Translations under genes and position numbers: made by a program | Assembly (NCBI GenBank): GCA_951406725.2 | Contig: OX597825.1 | Coordinates: forward strand, 29,016,001 to 29,080,000 | Reading direction: 5' to 3' | DNA length: 64,000 nucleotides | Origin: Octopus vulgaris | Taxonomy: Eukaryota | Shown: positions 41,216 to 55,859 of the stretch, piece after piece | How positions within the stretch are numbered: the stretch's first letter is position 1 | Layout: every line of letters begins with the position of its first letter | The notes under the pieces: model-generated | What the model was told of the DNA's origin: nothing | The model's input: the letters and a program-made list of their open reading frames with translations, nothing else | Database searches by the model: none

Positions 41216-41973
41216 TCTGTAATAGTTTTTTGTTGGTGTTGGTGGTAGAATTGGTGCCAGCTCAAGTGGTGCCAGCGGTGGTGTTAGTATCATATTTGTT
41301 ATTGTTATTGTTGTTCATGTTGTCAGTTTTTCTTTTTCTTTTTTCTTTCGGAATTTTCTACTTGAAATTTTTTCCCTTCTGCGCCTGTATTTTTTTGTTT
41401 TTGTTTTTTTTTTGCTGTTTTTATTTGACGACGACGGCGACGATAATGATGATGATTATGATGATGTGATTATTGCGCTGGAGGGTATTGATAGCAATGG
41501 TAGTGGTTGTGGTCAGTGGCGAAGCTTGTGATGGTGACCGTTGTTATGGTGATGGTGGTGGTGGGGGTGCCGTTGCTAGACTGATGATGACGACGTCGAT
41601 GACAATCATAGTAGTGGAGAGGGTGGGGAAGATGGTGATGGTAGAGGTGGTGGTGGTCTGTCCTTGTGGCAGTGATGATAGTGGTGGCGATGGCGGTGAT
41701 CATCATCGTTAGGCTGCTGCAGTTGCTGCTGCTACTGCTGCTACTGATGTTGATGATGACTATGATGACGATGATGATGAAAAGGAAGAGCGGTGCAGGA
41801 GGGGGGCGGGAGTGAGGTTAGCGCAATCACGGCATACGGTGTCAATCTTGAAAGCCGAAGTGAAAGTGAAAGAAAGACGCTTAGCCAAGTTTAAAATTCA
41901 TGTGATATCCATTAGCTTATTTCCTCAGCTAAGTGAACTGCTTCACTCGTTGATCAATAGTCAGATATAGTAC

Positions 41974-42039
<66 letters not shown>

Positions 42040-42165
42040 AACACACACACAAACACACACACAAACGTACACACTCAATCACACACACACATACACTCGC
42101 ACACTCACAGAGACAGAATCGCGCTCAATCGCACTAAGAAAAACGGATACCTATACATATGTATG

Positions 42166-42222
<57 letters not shown>

Positions 42223-42277
42223 GTGTATATATATATATATATTCATACATGTATATGTATATGTATATATATATGTA

Positions 42278-42320
<43 letters not shown>

Positions 42321-43098
42321 GTGTATTTATATATATACATACATATGCATGCACACACAAATACATATATACACAAAGACATAATATATATATATATATA
42401 CAAACAACACACACACACTCTTATATATATACATATATTTATCTGTATATATAGACATATACATACATATAAATAAATATACATATACTTGTACATCTAT
42501 GCAGATAAACAAACACAAAATCCAAAAGCAATAATGTAAATGAGCGCGTGGCTATCTGTCTAAGAACCTATCATAATTTTATATACACAAAACTGCTTCC
42601 TGTATATATTTGCATATACAAACACAAAGAAACGCAACACTCATGCGCACACACACACATACACACTCACACTAACACATACATATGCATAAGTACCACA
42701 CAATGTTTTCATTAATATTCATATATAAATTCATTCATTAATATTCATATATAGAGGCGTGCTAAGCCGTGTATATTTATCCCCGGAAACCGCTGTCCCT
42801 TGTTCATAAAATAATTTCGGAGACTATCCCTAACCTATTCCACCCATAAGCACCATAAAATCTCCATTGCAAATAATATTACGACACTGTAGTCTGATGA
42901 TACTCACCCGGTATGAAACCGCTAGTCACGAAGAAGTAAGAAGCCTTCCAACGGTCATGTTAAATTGTTACTCTATAGTTGATGTGCATTGACTTCGCTC
43001 TATCTTAGAGGTTGTAGTTCTAAGTAAACCTTATAAAGTATTTACAGGTGCGCTTGATTGTATCTATTTATTTGCCTGTCTGTCTGCTTGTATGCATG

Positions 43099-43202
<104 letters not shown>

Positions 43203-43235
43203 AAGTTATCTGTCTGGTTGTCTATGCGTCTCACC

Positions 43236-43286
<51 letters not shown>

Positions 43287-43313
43287 AGTGTGTGTGCATG
43301 TATTAAACACACG

Positions 43314-43346
<33 letters not shown>

Positions 43347-43361
43347 TACATATATATACAA

Positions 43362-43720
43362 AGGCGCAGGAGTGGCTGTGTGGTTAAAAACCACATGGTT
43401 CCGGGTTCAGTCTCACTGCGTGCCACCTTGGGCAAGTGTCTTCTTCTATAGCCTCGGGCCGACCAATGCCTTGTGAGCGGATTTGATAGACGGAAACTGA
43501 AGGAAGCCCGTCGTATATTTGTGTGTGTGTGTGTGTGTTTGTGTGTCTATGTTTGTCCCTCCAATATCGCTTGAGAGGTCCCCGTAACCAGCGGTTTGGC
43601 AAAAGAGATCGAAAGAATAAGTACTAGGCTTACAAGGAATAAGTCCTGGGGTCGATTTGCTCGACTAAAGGTGGTGCTCCAGCATGGCTGCAATCAAGTG
43701 ACTGAAGCAAGTGAAAGAAT
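43362..43720 (+). mobile_element. SINE family B
   Basis: Head, CORE-like domain and full tail; an inverted tail fragment lies at 44062-44147. Confidence 0.88.
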
Positions 43721-44175
43721 ACACACACACACACTTGCACACTCTCGATATATATAAATATATACACACATATGCACATATACACACTCACACACACATG
43801 TCCATGCTCACAAAGGTGCATGTACGTTTTTATACATCGCATGTACGCATCCATTTATTCACAAATATGTCAGTACATATGCAATACATACAAGCCTATA
43901 TATATATAGACATACATACATACATAAATACATAAATACATACATACATAAATACATAAATACATACATAAATACATACATACATACAGCCATATATGTA
44001 TTATGATTGCGAGCCCTACAATTATTGCTGCTTAATGTCCACAACGTTGACTTGTATATTCTTTACTCTCTTTTAGTCTTTTACTTGTTTCAGTCACTTG
44101 ACTATGGCCATGCTGGAGCACCACCTTTAGTCGAGCAAATCGACCCCAAAACACATAAACACACACAAACACACA

Positions 44176-44261
<86 letters not shown>

Positions 44262-44384
44262 CATATATATATATATGTATATATATATATAAGTAAGGAA
44301 AAAATTTTTTTTTAAATGCAGAATGCTCAAATGAAAGAAAATTTTAATAAAATGAGAAATTGATAAAATATATAAATATATATT

Positions 44385-44425
44385 TATTCAACCGGTTTTC
44401 GTCATTGTATGACTTGTCAAGAATA
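44385..44425 (-). ncRNA. Minimal hammerhead-like motif with U3-A8 core
   Basis: tattc-TTGACAA-gtcat(aca)atgac-GAAA-accgg-TT-gaata. Confidence 0.65.
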
Positions 44426-45063
44426 TTTATGTTTTAAGAAGTTTTTTTAAAAATTAGAAAGGGGAAAAAAAGAAAATTGCATTGTTTTTTGTAAAAGAAT
44501 AATGATAAAAATGTACAAAAATTAAAAAATAAGTTCTCCGATACATTGTGAGTTCGTTGTGTATCTTGAGTTTTATGGTTGTTTACAAAAAAATTACCTT
44601 GAGGTGTTAAGATCCAAAGGGATTAAGAGCATGCGTTGTGTTGTGTTGTGTTGTTAAATTCAGCATGTTTGCAGGACAGGAAGTAGTAGTAATTGTGGTC
44701 CTGGTTCTTCAGTTCCTGTGTTGTGAGTAAGGGGAGACAACTCTTTTGAGTTCTTCAATAAAACCCAAATTATAAAACTATCATTTTAGCTTCATTTGCA
44801 TTATCTTTTTTATATAATTGCTTGTTAACTTAACTTTCAGATTTTAACACTTTATTTATGTTATTTTCTAATAATATGAATCTGCATAGACAATTGCATT
44901 TCAAATTGTCATACCATTTATAATAAAAATGATAGTAATAACAACAATAGTAAAAATGATATTTAAAGAATATAAGTTTTAGCTTGAAGTGATGAATGCA
45001 TGGTATCTTTATATATTTGTGTTAGTCCATCCATGAAGAGTGAGGTAGAGAAAGGAAGTTTGA

Positions 45064-46460
45064 TCAACGAGGAGTTTGCATATTAAGTTGTGTTTGGAAT
45101 TTTTCAATAAAGAGATTCTCCTTGTTAATTCTCTCCTGTGTGGTGATCCCGTCTTTACATTGGTAGAAGGGGAATATATAGAATTTGGGGTTTAAGTCTT
45201 TAGCACATGAGTCTAAGTGGTCACTCAGTGGAATTTGTCGGTATTCCGGGAGATTTATTTGTTCTTTATGCACCGTTACTCGTTTACGTAACGGGAGACT
45301 CGTTTGTCCAACATAATTATGTTGGCAACCAGCGCATGTGAGAACGTAGATAAGGTTCTCGGAGGAACAGGAGAAGTTAGTCTTGATTTTAAACATCGTA
45401 CCTTGTTTGAAGGTAAATTCAGAGCCTTCAAGTAGAAAGGGGCAGGTACCACAGTTTGAGCGTGCACATTTTTTTACTGTTGGGGGTGGATGTGGTGTGT
45501 GAAGTTTGGCATTTGTCAAGAGTTTTTTTAAAGATTTGTGTAGCCTTTTGCATTTGAGGATTTTGTGTGTATTTATAATGTTTTTCATTTTTGGGTCTGT
45601 TGACAGTAGACTGAGGTTTTGTATGATTGTGGTGTATGCTTCGATATTTTTGGGGTTGTGGGTGGAAATGTATGGAAGTATTTTTAGGTTGTGTGTGGTG
45701 TTAGGTTGGGTGGTTTTCAGTGTAGTGTTGTCTAGTTCTTTGGCCCGTTTTATTCCATACTCTATAAGGGTGGAGGGATATTGACGTTGTAATAGTGTTT
45801 TTTTGAGGTCTTGAAGGCGTATTTCTCGTGTTTTTGGATCCGAGACAATGGTGCATACCCTTTTAGCTAAATTGAAAGGGATATTTGTCTTGGTGTGTTT
45901 TGGGTGGCATGAACTAAAGAGGAGGTATGTGGTAGATGTCTGTTATGATTTGGTTCTTAGGTGTTTTTATAATTAGGAGATCAAGGAATGGGAGATGATG
46001 TTTGCTTAATTCCATAGTGAATTGGATGTTGGGATGTATGTTGTTTAGTATGGTTTTGAATTCCAGGAGTTTTTCATAAGGTTCTTTCCATATGATGAAA
46101 CAATCATCTAAATAGCTTTTCCAGTTTTCCATTAGGTAGGTGTGGAAAACATGTCCAAAATTTCTGGCTTGATATTTCATAGAGTGACAGTTCGAAGTAA
46201 CCCATTATGAGGTTCGCAAGGACTGGTGCAGCCTTGGTACATTTTTGCCACATTTTTGACGGTAGTGTGTGTCGTCGAAGAGAAAAAAAATGTTTGTCAG
46301 AATGAACTTAAGAGATTCTGTAATAAAAGACTTGTTAAGGCGGTCAGGGAATGTCTCTGGGTGTTTTTCTAGCCAGAAGTCAATTGCCTCTATACCATAC
46401 TCATGTGGAATGTTGGTGTAGAGGTTGATGACATCAAAGGATACCAGGAGTGCCTCCTCG

Positions 46461-46462
<2 letters not shown>
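45064..46462 (-). pseudogene. Frameshifted Penelope RT + GIY-YIG endonuclease ORF
   Basis: SFDVINLYTNIPH, APVLANLIMG, YLDDCFIIW, LPFLDLLI, CARSNCGTC, LIYVLTC..C..NYVGQT, R...H, E..FI; last 174 codons open. Confidence 0.92.
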
Positions 46463-46519
<57 letters not shown>

Positions 46520-47032
46520 TATAAGAGAGTTACAGCTAAGTGGTTAACTCTCTCTCTCTCTCTCTATATATACACATATACATATATACATATACATATA
46601 TACACAACTGGCTTCTTTCAGTTTCCGTCTAATCAAAACCACTCACAAGGCTTTGGTCAAAAACGCAATCCATCACGCAAGAACCTAACTCTTATGCTCC
46701 ATATTTAATATATTACTTGGCAAAGTTACTCTAAGTTTGTCTGCTGCGAGGAAGCCTGTGTACGTATAATTAAAGCCTGCACGGGTATTTTAATCTGAAA
46801 AGGGATTTTGCTCAAAGCGTTAGTAGCCAATTCTCCCGAAGGCATAAGAGCTTATTCGAATTTGCCAACTTTACAAAGTAATGACAAGAAGTGGCTTTAC
46901 AGATACAGGGTAAACTTGGCTTCTATTTAGTATTGGTTTTTGTACATAAATTTTCTATAGAATATGCCTAGGCAGTTTAATTGCACATTCGTTAGCGCAT
47001 AAGGTAGAATGCTTGTGGTATTTGTTCTCAAT

Positions 47033-47441
47033 ATGGTGGCGAGCTGGCAGAAACGTTAGCACGCTGGGCGAAATGCGTAGCCGTATTTCGTCTGCCGTTA
47101 CGTTCTGAGTTCAAATTCCGCCGAGGTTGACTTTGCCTTTCATCTTTTCGGGGTCAATAAATTAAGTACCAGTTACGCACTGGGGTCGATATAATCTACT
47201 TAATCCGTTTGTCTGTCCTTGTTTGTCCTCTCTGTGTTTAGCCCCTTGTGGATAGTAAAGTATTTCGTCTGCTGCTACGTTCTGAGTTCAAATTCCGCCG
47301 AGGTCAACTTTGCCTTTCATCCTTTCGGGGTCGATAAATTAAATACCAGTTACGTACTGGGTCGATGTCATCGACTTAATCCGTTTGTCTGTCCTTGTTT
47401 GTCCCCTCTATGTTTAGTCTCTTGTGGGTAGTAAAGAAATA
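47033..47441 (+). mobile_element. SINE family C, double-body form, inserted into an older same-family copy
   Basis: TSD GGTATTTGTTCTCAAT 47017-47032 / GGTATTTGCTCTCAAT 47442-47457; host copy spans ~46985-47530. Confidence 0.9.
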
Positions 47442-47801
47442 GGTATTTGCTCTCAATGTTTTCTCTCTGAGTACGAGCTATGTTGAGATCAACTTTACCT
47501 TTTTAATCCTTTCGGGTGTTAATATGTATTAGCTCAAAGTTGATGCATCTATATCTTTCGTCAGATGTCGCTACTTGGATTTTCCGCTGGATTGAGGTGT
47601 GAGGGGTGAGAGTGAAGATTGGCGGCTGAGAAAGTGTCTGTGAACACGACTACATAGACATCTAGACACCGAAAACAGCAAACGCATGTTCCATATTACG
47701 AAGTCTTACTCGATCGCGAGTGACGGCCGTAGCTTTATTTGTCACATGTATCATACATATGCATGTGTACATGCTTGCGTGCGTGCCTGTGTGTATATCT
47801 A

Positions 47802-47844
<43 letters not shown>

Positions 47845-48050
47845 TTTGTTATGAAATCGACAAAAGGCAAAACTTCGAAATCTCTAAGCAATCTTTTCCA
47901 AACGTGTATTTATGAATATTTCTTATATACATGGCTTTTCATATTGTCATGATTCTTCTTTTTTTTTTTTACACGTATAACCTTTTAAAATATTTTAATG
48001 CATTCCTACACTTGCACATATGCAAACGCCCTTTCGCAAGCATGCGCGCG

Positions 48051-48099
<49 letters not shown>

Positions 48100-48105
<6 letters not shown>

Positions 48106-48276
48106 TCTCTCTCACTTTCTTTCTCTGTCTCTGTCTCTGTCCCTCTCTCTTTCACTCAAACACACACACACACACACAAACATCATTTCTCATTTTTTGT
48201 CTCTGTCTGTCTGTCTTTCTCTCTCACTCACACACACACACATGCACACATTCTCTCTCACTTTCTCTGTCTCTCT

Positions 48277-48314
<38 letters not shown>

Positions 48315-48339
48315 CACACATTCTCTCTCACTTTCTCTG

Positions 48340-48388
<49 letters not shown>

Positions 48389-48580
48389 CACACATTCTCT
48401 CTCACTTTCTCTGTCTCTCTTTCTCTTTCTCTCTCTCTCTCACACACACACACATGCATACATTCTCTCTCACTTTCTCTGTCTCTCTTTCTCTCTCTCT
48501 CTCACACACACACACACATGCACACATTCTCTCTCACTTTCTCTGTCTCTCTCTCTCTCTCTCTCGCTCGCTCTCTCACA
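48100..48580. repeat. Compound minisatellite, ~55-70 bp unit built from (CA)n and (CT)n
   Basis: CATGCACACATTCTCTCTCACTTTCTCTGTCTCTC repeated with variable CT/CA runs. Confidence 0.9.
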
Positions 48581-50087
48581 CACATATACACACACTCACA
48601 CAAACACACGCACACACACATACACACACACATATTGCAGGTGATTGTTCACTCGCTGCTCATTCTTTTGGAACTCAGACAAGATTTTTTTGCAAATTGA
48701 TTTTCCACGTCATGCAAGGTTTTTGGTCTTACTATTAGTGTCACATAAATTGAACTTGTTCATCAGACTAGCTTAAATGCACCACAGTCAAGCTCTATCA
48801 TAAAAATCGATATTAACCCAATCAAGACCGTGACTATATTTTACTGTTTTCTTCTATTTTCGCTCTACGATAACCTTAAATGCTAGAATTGATAATGAAA
48901 TCACTCAGCACCTTGGTAAAAGACAGGACTTATGAATGTTTATTCCAGCACATCTAGAAAGAGCTTGGATTTCTTTTTTAAAAAATCAATATATTCAACA
49001 TAGACCCCCCACCCCACGAAATGTCTGACCTTGTACCATATTGTGAAATCAAAAGGTCACATTTCATAGAATGACAAAATATTGAATAGCAATTTACTTA
49101 GGATAAATATCAATGAAAAATTCGTATTCCGCGTTTAAATGGACTGGGTGAGATATAGATATAGAATCCCTTCTAAGAATAGGGCCTCACGTGTAACTTC
49201 AGGATAGTTGAAGAAATCTACCAGTTGATCAAATTATACACGACTTCTCTGTCCAAGTCACCGACGATTTTTATCCAAGGGAAGCGCCCCCTGTTTTGCT
49301 GATACAGCTTGGTACCAGTGTTGTCGCAGGTTTTGCTGTCAGAACAGAAAGAAAAAAACTGAAAATATTTCACAAGGATTCTCGTGTTTGATACTCAGAT
49401 ATTTCCGCCATTCTATTTCTTTCCATTAGTATCTTTCTATTGATCTTGAAAAGGATTGAAATTGAACTCACAGTGTTGAGAGACAGAACGAATACTACGA
49501 GGTATCCCACCCAACGTCCTAGCGACTCTACTACTTCGCCACTGTTCTGCTGCTCTCCAAATACATGATTGAGGTATGGTTGAGGCAATATATGTCCAGA
49601 TGTTCTTCGTTTGGATTGAAGTTTTCAGAATCCATGACATTTCCTGTTCTACGAATGAAGTGGTGGTGTTTGTTTTGCTTTGGCTCTAACCTTTTGCAGA
49701 TGGCTGATCTAATACGCTAGAGAGAAATATTTCTCACAGAAAACATTGGTCACATTTTGTAATTCTTTTGCGATACATGTCTACATTTGCAGACATTAAA
49801 ATACCATAACGTTGTTCTACAGAAGTCTAATACAAAGGTTCGAGAGGAAGGGATCAAAGCGTTGGGGTTTTAGATTACATTTAATTTCTTTTGCTTTTAT
49901 TAGACTTCTTTCTCCCTTTCTCCTGCTTTTTAACCCTAAACATATAATATTTTTGGTTAGAATCTTCCACATGTACATTTAAACAGTGTTTCATAGCTTA
50001 GAGATGTGATACGCAAAAGAGATCCTAGTCGTAAACGTCTTTCCAGTTGGTCAGTTTCAAACAAACACACACTCTCTCACACACACA

Positions 50088-50214
<127 letters not shown>

Positions 50215-50325
50215 TAGTAACAGAAAAGAGGAATTTCGGTTATCCCCACGTGGTGGATTGTAATGTATATAAGAAATTAAAAAAGGAAAATACGCACACT
50301 TACATGGTTTTAATATAATTTTTAA

Positions 50326-50362
50326 TATATCGACCGGTTTCGCAATCGCTATTCATGATATA
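50326..50362 (-). ncRNA. Minimal hammerhead-like motif with A3-U8 core
   Basis: tatatc-ATGAATA-gc(gatt)gc-GAAA-ccgg-TC-gatata, inside a short block flanked by (TA)n. Confidence 0.65.
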
Positions 50363-50384
50363 ATGTTTAATTTATATGAATATA

Positions 50385-50452
<68 letters not shown>

Positions 50453-51299
50453 TTGCATATTTAAATATGCATAATTACATGAAGAAGTGAAGCATCATGC
50501 CGACACGTAACACCTGTTAACTTGTCTCATCATTGAAACATGTGTCATTATGTTATATGTCAAATAAGCAGACCATAACACACATTCTCCAGCAGACATT
50601 TTTCTACAAATGCAAATCTCAAGCGTGAAGGTTAAATCAAGTAAAACGCCTTGCTGGCGGTTCATGGCCACACGAGACTATCTCTGTTCTCACGTATAGT
50701 TTTAATATATCACATAATACAAAAACAGTATCTAATAATACAATACAGTACAAGTTTTGTCTGGCGAATATTTCCCTGTATGTACACGATGTCTAGTGAA
50801 CACATTTGGAAGAGTGGAATCGATAGTTGTCAGAGCCTGATTCAAATGGTTCCAGAATGAGTGAGAGAAGCAAGTTCTGAGATTACGTTTGATCTACAGG
50901 AAAAGATTACGATAGATCAGTGACAGAATTTTATCCGAATTTAACGTAACACGTCAAATATATTCGTTATCTATTTCATTAGTATTTTCGATTTCTTTCT
51001 TTTCTTTAATTATGTTTGTATGCATAAATCTTTTCCGTTTTTGTCAGTTTTAATTTCAAGTGACATTTGTTCAGCAAAAATTAAAAATATATATATATAT
51101 ATAAATTGAAAAATATAGCAAGCATATACTCATCTTTTGTGTTGTCTTTCTGTAACTCTCAGCTTTTCTGGATAATTGAAATAATCGTTTTGATGTTATT
51201 AATATTAATAAAAAAAAGTCATTTTACAGCCACTATTCTTATTAATATTTCTGCTGCTTTTGTTGATGCTGTTGCAGTTGTTGTTGTTATTAATATTAT

Positions 51300-51520
51300 T
51301 ATTATTGGATTGACAAAATTCGCTACAACGCCTGAAAACGAAATGTCGTGCTGAATTTATCGTTGTTCTTTATATTCTGAATTAAATCCGCCATGTTGGA
51401 CCTAGCCTTTCGTCCTTTCTGGGTCAATAAATTAAATACCACTTGATTACTTGGGGACGATGTAATCGACTTAACTCCTTCTTTGAAATTGCTGGCCTTG
51501 TGCCAAAATTTGAAACCATC
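51300..51520 (+). mobile_element. SINE family C, old copy with (ATT)n tail
   Basis: GCCTTTCGTCCTTTCTGGGTCAATAAATTAA..GCTGGCCTTGTGCCAAAATTTGAAACC. Confidence 0.75.
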
Positions 51521-51544
51521 ATCATTATTATTATTATTATTACT

Positions 51545-52969
<1,425 letters not shown>

Positions 52970-53846
52970 CTTGTCATCATTATTAATACCTATAATCATG
53001 TACTTATTTACGGTGCACCGAATTAAATCAATATGATGTGTGGTAGGTATGTTTATGAAAACGCATGATTTTTACCTTTGAAATGAGGGGATAGAGGAAT
53101 ATTAAGTACACTTAACACTTGGCTGCTATAAAAATAATGAAAATAATAAACAAAAATAACGAAAAGAAACAAACAAAACGAAAAGTATAACGGGTGGTGC
53201 GGGAATGTTAGAGTAACAACAAAAATAAGAAAACGATACAACGCACTAGAAGCAGACGACCGAACAAGCAGTCAATGAAATGAAGTCATTTGAAATCAGA
53301 GAAGAGGTAGATGTGAACATGTAGAGATGTCCCGTGATTTGCCTGTCGCACACGACACTCGTTCACCTAACACTAATAAGCCTCTTAATACTGGAAGAAG
53401 GTCGATAGATTGGCACAGAGCATTGGAAATACATTTCCTAAATAAAAGAAAAGAACGAACTCCATACTGTGTTATGACACACATTTGAATAACACTGATT
53501 CTCTGCCGTCCTCTCTCTTATCCACCTCTGTCTCACACACACATACATACCTACACACGTACATAGATACACGCATACATTCACATACTCATATGTAATA
53601 ATGTATTATGCATACAAGTATGTATTATATTATGCTATAAAATTTCTTTACTCTAATCAAAATATTTCTGCTTACAAAATATTCCGTCGCATTTTAACTA
53701 TAAATTTTATCAACCAACCAGAATTTTTGATTCTTTTGAAAAGCTATTACTGAGCAAAACTTATGACGATCAGTAATGAATTATTTTAATATCATCATAC
53801 ATTCTCCCGCCCCTCTCTCTCTCTCTTTCTCACTTTCTGTGTCTGT

Positions 53847-53913
<67 letters not shown>

Positions 53914-53923
<10 letters not shown>

Positions 53924-54204
53924 GAAATGAGGTACTAAAAAATTCGGATGGTTTTATATTTACAGATATTTATTTGTATATTACATGTTTTTATACATCA
54001 TATAACATATCATTAATCATATATTAGCGTTTTCGCCCATTCTAGTGGGAGTTTCAAATTGAAAACCCCATTAGAATGGGTGAAAGCGCTAATATATGAT
54101 ATATGATATATGTTATATGATGTATAAAAACATGTAATATACAAATAAATATCTGTAAATATAAAACCATTCGAATTTCTGAGTACCTCATTTCTTCTAA
54201 TATA
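53914..54204. repeat. ~290-bp palindrome of Penelope-type termini
   Basis: Arms mirror about position 54058 (TTTCAA-A-TTGAAA); a third, more diverged arm at ~54830-54975. Confidence 0.9.
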
Positions 54205-54262
54205 AAATACCTGTACATCATCTCCAAACCTTCTAATATATATATACACACACACACACACA

Positions 54263-54384
54263 CCTCCACAGAATGATCATAGAAAGTGTGACCCCAAATG
54301 ACAACAGAGACACACACACACACACACACACCTCCACAGAATGATCATAGAAAGTGTGACCCCAAATGACAACAGACACACACA

Positions 54385-54417
<33 letters not shown>

Positions 54418-54476
54418 CTCCACAGAATGATCAAAGAAAGTGTGACCCCAAATGACAACAGACACACACACACACA

Positions 54477-54515
<39 letters not shown>

Positions 54516-54553
54516 CCACAGAATGATCATAGAAAGTGTGACCCCAAATGACA
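54263..54553 (+). repeat. Four copies of a 41-bp unit separated by variable (CA)n
   Basis: CCTCCACAGAATGATCATAGAAAGTGTGACCCCAAATGACA at 54263, 54331, 54417 and 54513. Confidence 0.95.
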
Positions 54554-54679
54554 TTTGCCAGGCCAACCTACGCACAACACACACTCAGTGACATCGAAAT
54601 GGACGGCCAAAGTTCTTATAAAACCACAGGCGGTCCAGTAGACCAACGGAAATAGTACTTCTTCACTCTCAGATATAAA

Positions 54680-54718
<39 letters not shown>

Positions 54719-54972
54719 ACACACACACACATACACACACACACACATACACACATTTTTTCTCTGTCTCACTTCCTCCTCACCCACTACTACAAAACTA
54801 TAAAATGTTCAAACTTCCCACAACTGATTTGATTTGAAAAGCCCACTAGAATGGGAGCAAGCGCTAATCCGAAATCCGAATGATATGATATGATATATAT
54901 GTAAAAAATGTAATATATAAATAAATATCTACAAATATGAACCATCTGATCTGATTACCTCAATTTTTCTAA

Positions 54973-55005
<33 letters not shown>

Positions 55006-55859
55006 GTATATATGTATATATATATATGTATGTATGCATGTATGTATGTATTTATGTCAGGTCACTTATGAGGCTCTCATAAATGATACTGGTAGCATGG
55101 TATCCAGTACAACCTGTTGCATGATCGAGTTGTCGGCGACTAAACCGGCGGCCCCATCAGGCTACCTTGGTGATGAGGGTTGTAGGATTAAAAACAAGAC
55201 CTGTTGGAAACATGTCTCTAGAAGGTCACTCTGATATAAAATCAGATATGCAGGAAATGGCATTGAACTTTTAGGGGATCTTTGGTTTGTGCAAGAGATC
55301 ATGGCACTTCCACATCCCTGAGCCTGCGACACATATTGGCACCGGGCACCTCTCTCTGGTTTGTCTCTTGGTAATGTCAATAGAGTGAAGAGGGTCTATG
55401 AGGTGTCGTACAATCATTATTGGGCCTAAAACTCTACACAGAAATTGCTAACCTTTGCTTTTTTTTCTTTCCTTATATTAATTTATTTTATTATGTTATT
55501 TTATTTATTTTCAGTATATATGTATCTTAATTTTTAGTATATATTTATATCATTTTTATTCGGAAGTCCTGCGAAGCATGCAGACCCGACGCGTTGTAAG
55601 CATGTAGTTAGCGACCTGCACGTAGACGGCCCATGCAAGATATAAAGTCGTCTCCTTATCCCCCAAGACAGCGATACGATTCGGTTGCTGCATGGGTGTT
55701 TCATCAGCTCCATTTGGAGAGGACACTGCTCACCCGGTGGCGGGGGATTTCTAGAAAAGGTGAACCAAAAATTGCCTGTCTTTCTATATCTGGTCAACTT
55801 AGCTCGACTGACGGATGTCCATCCTGCGCTCGAAAACCAAAGAGACTTTTTTTTCAAAA

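Larger units (their letters stand above)
44292..46463 (-). mobile_element. Penelope-like retroelement (Neptune-like), 5' truncated, inserted in (TA)n
   Basis: RT, Cys linker, GIY-YIG and 3' UTR with hammerhead motif; both ends abut (TA)n. Confidence 0.92.

Noticed and set aside
47931-48738. Three overlapping ORFs over 220 aa
   Set aside because: CA/CT minisatellite lacking stops in all frames.
50500-50950. Further mariner relic
   Set aside because: Only vague peptide similarity; no diagnostic motif or TIR.
54263-54553. CRISPR array
   Set aside because: Spacers are (CA)n rather than unique sequence, no cas genes, eukaryotic context.
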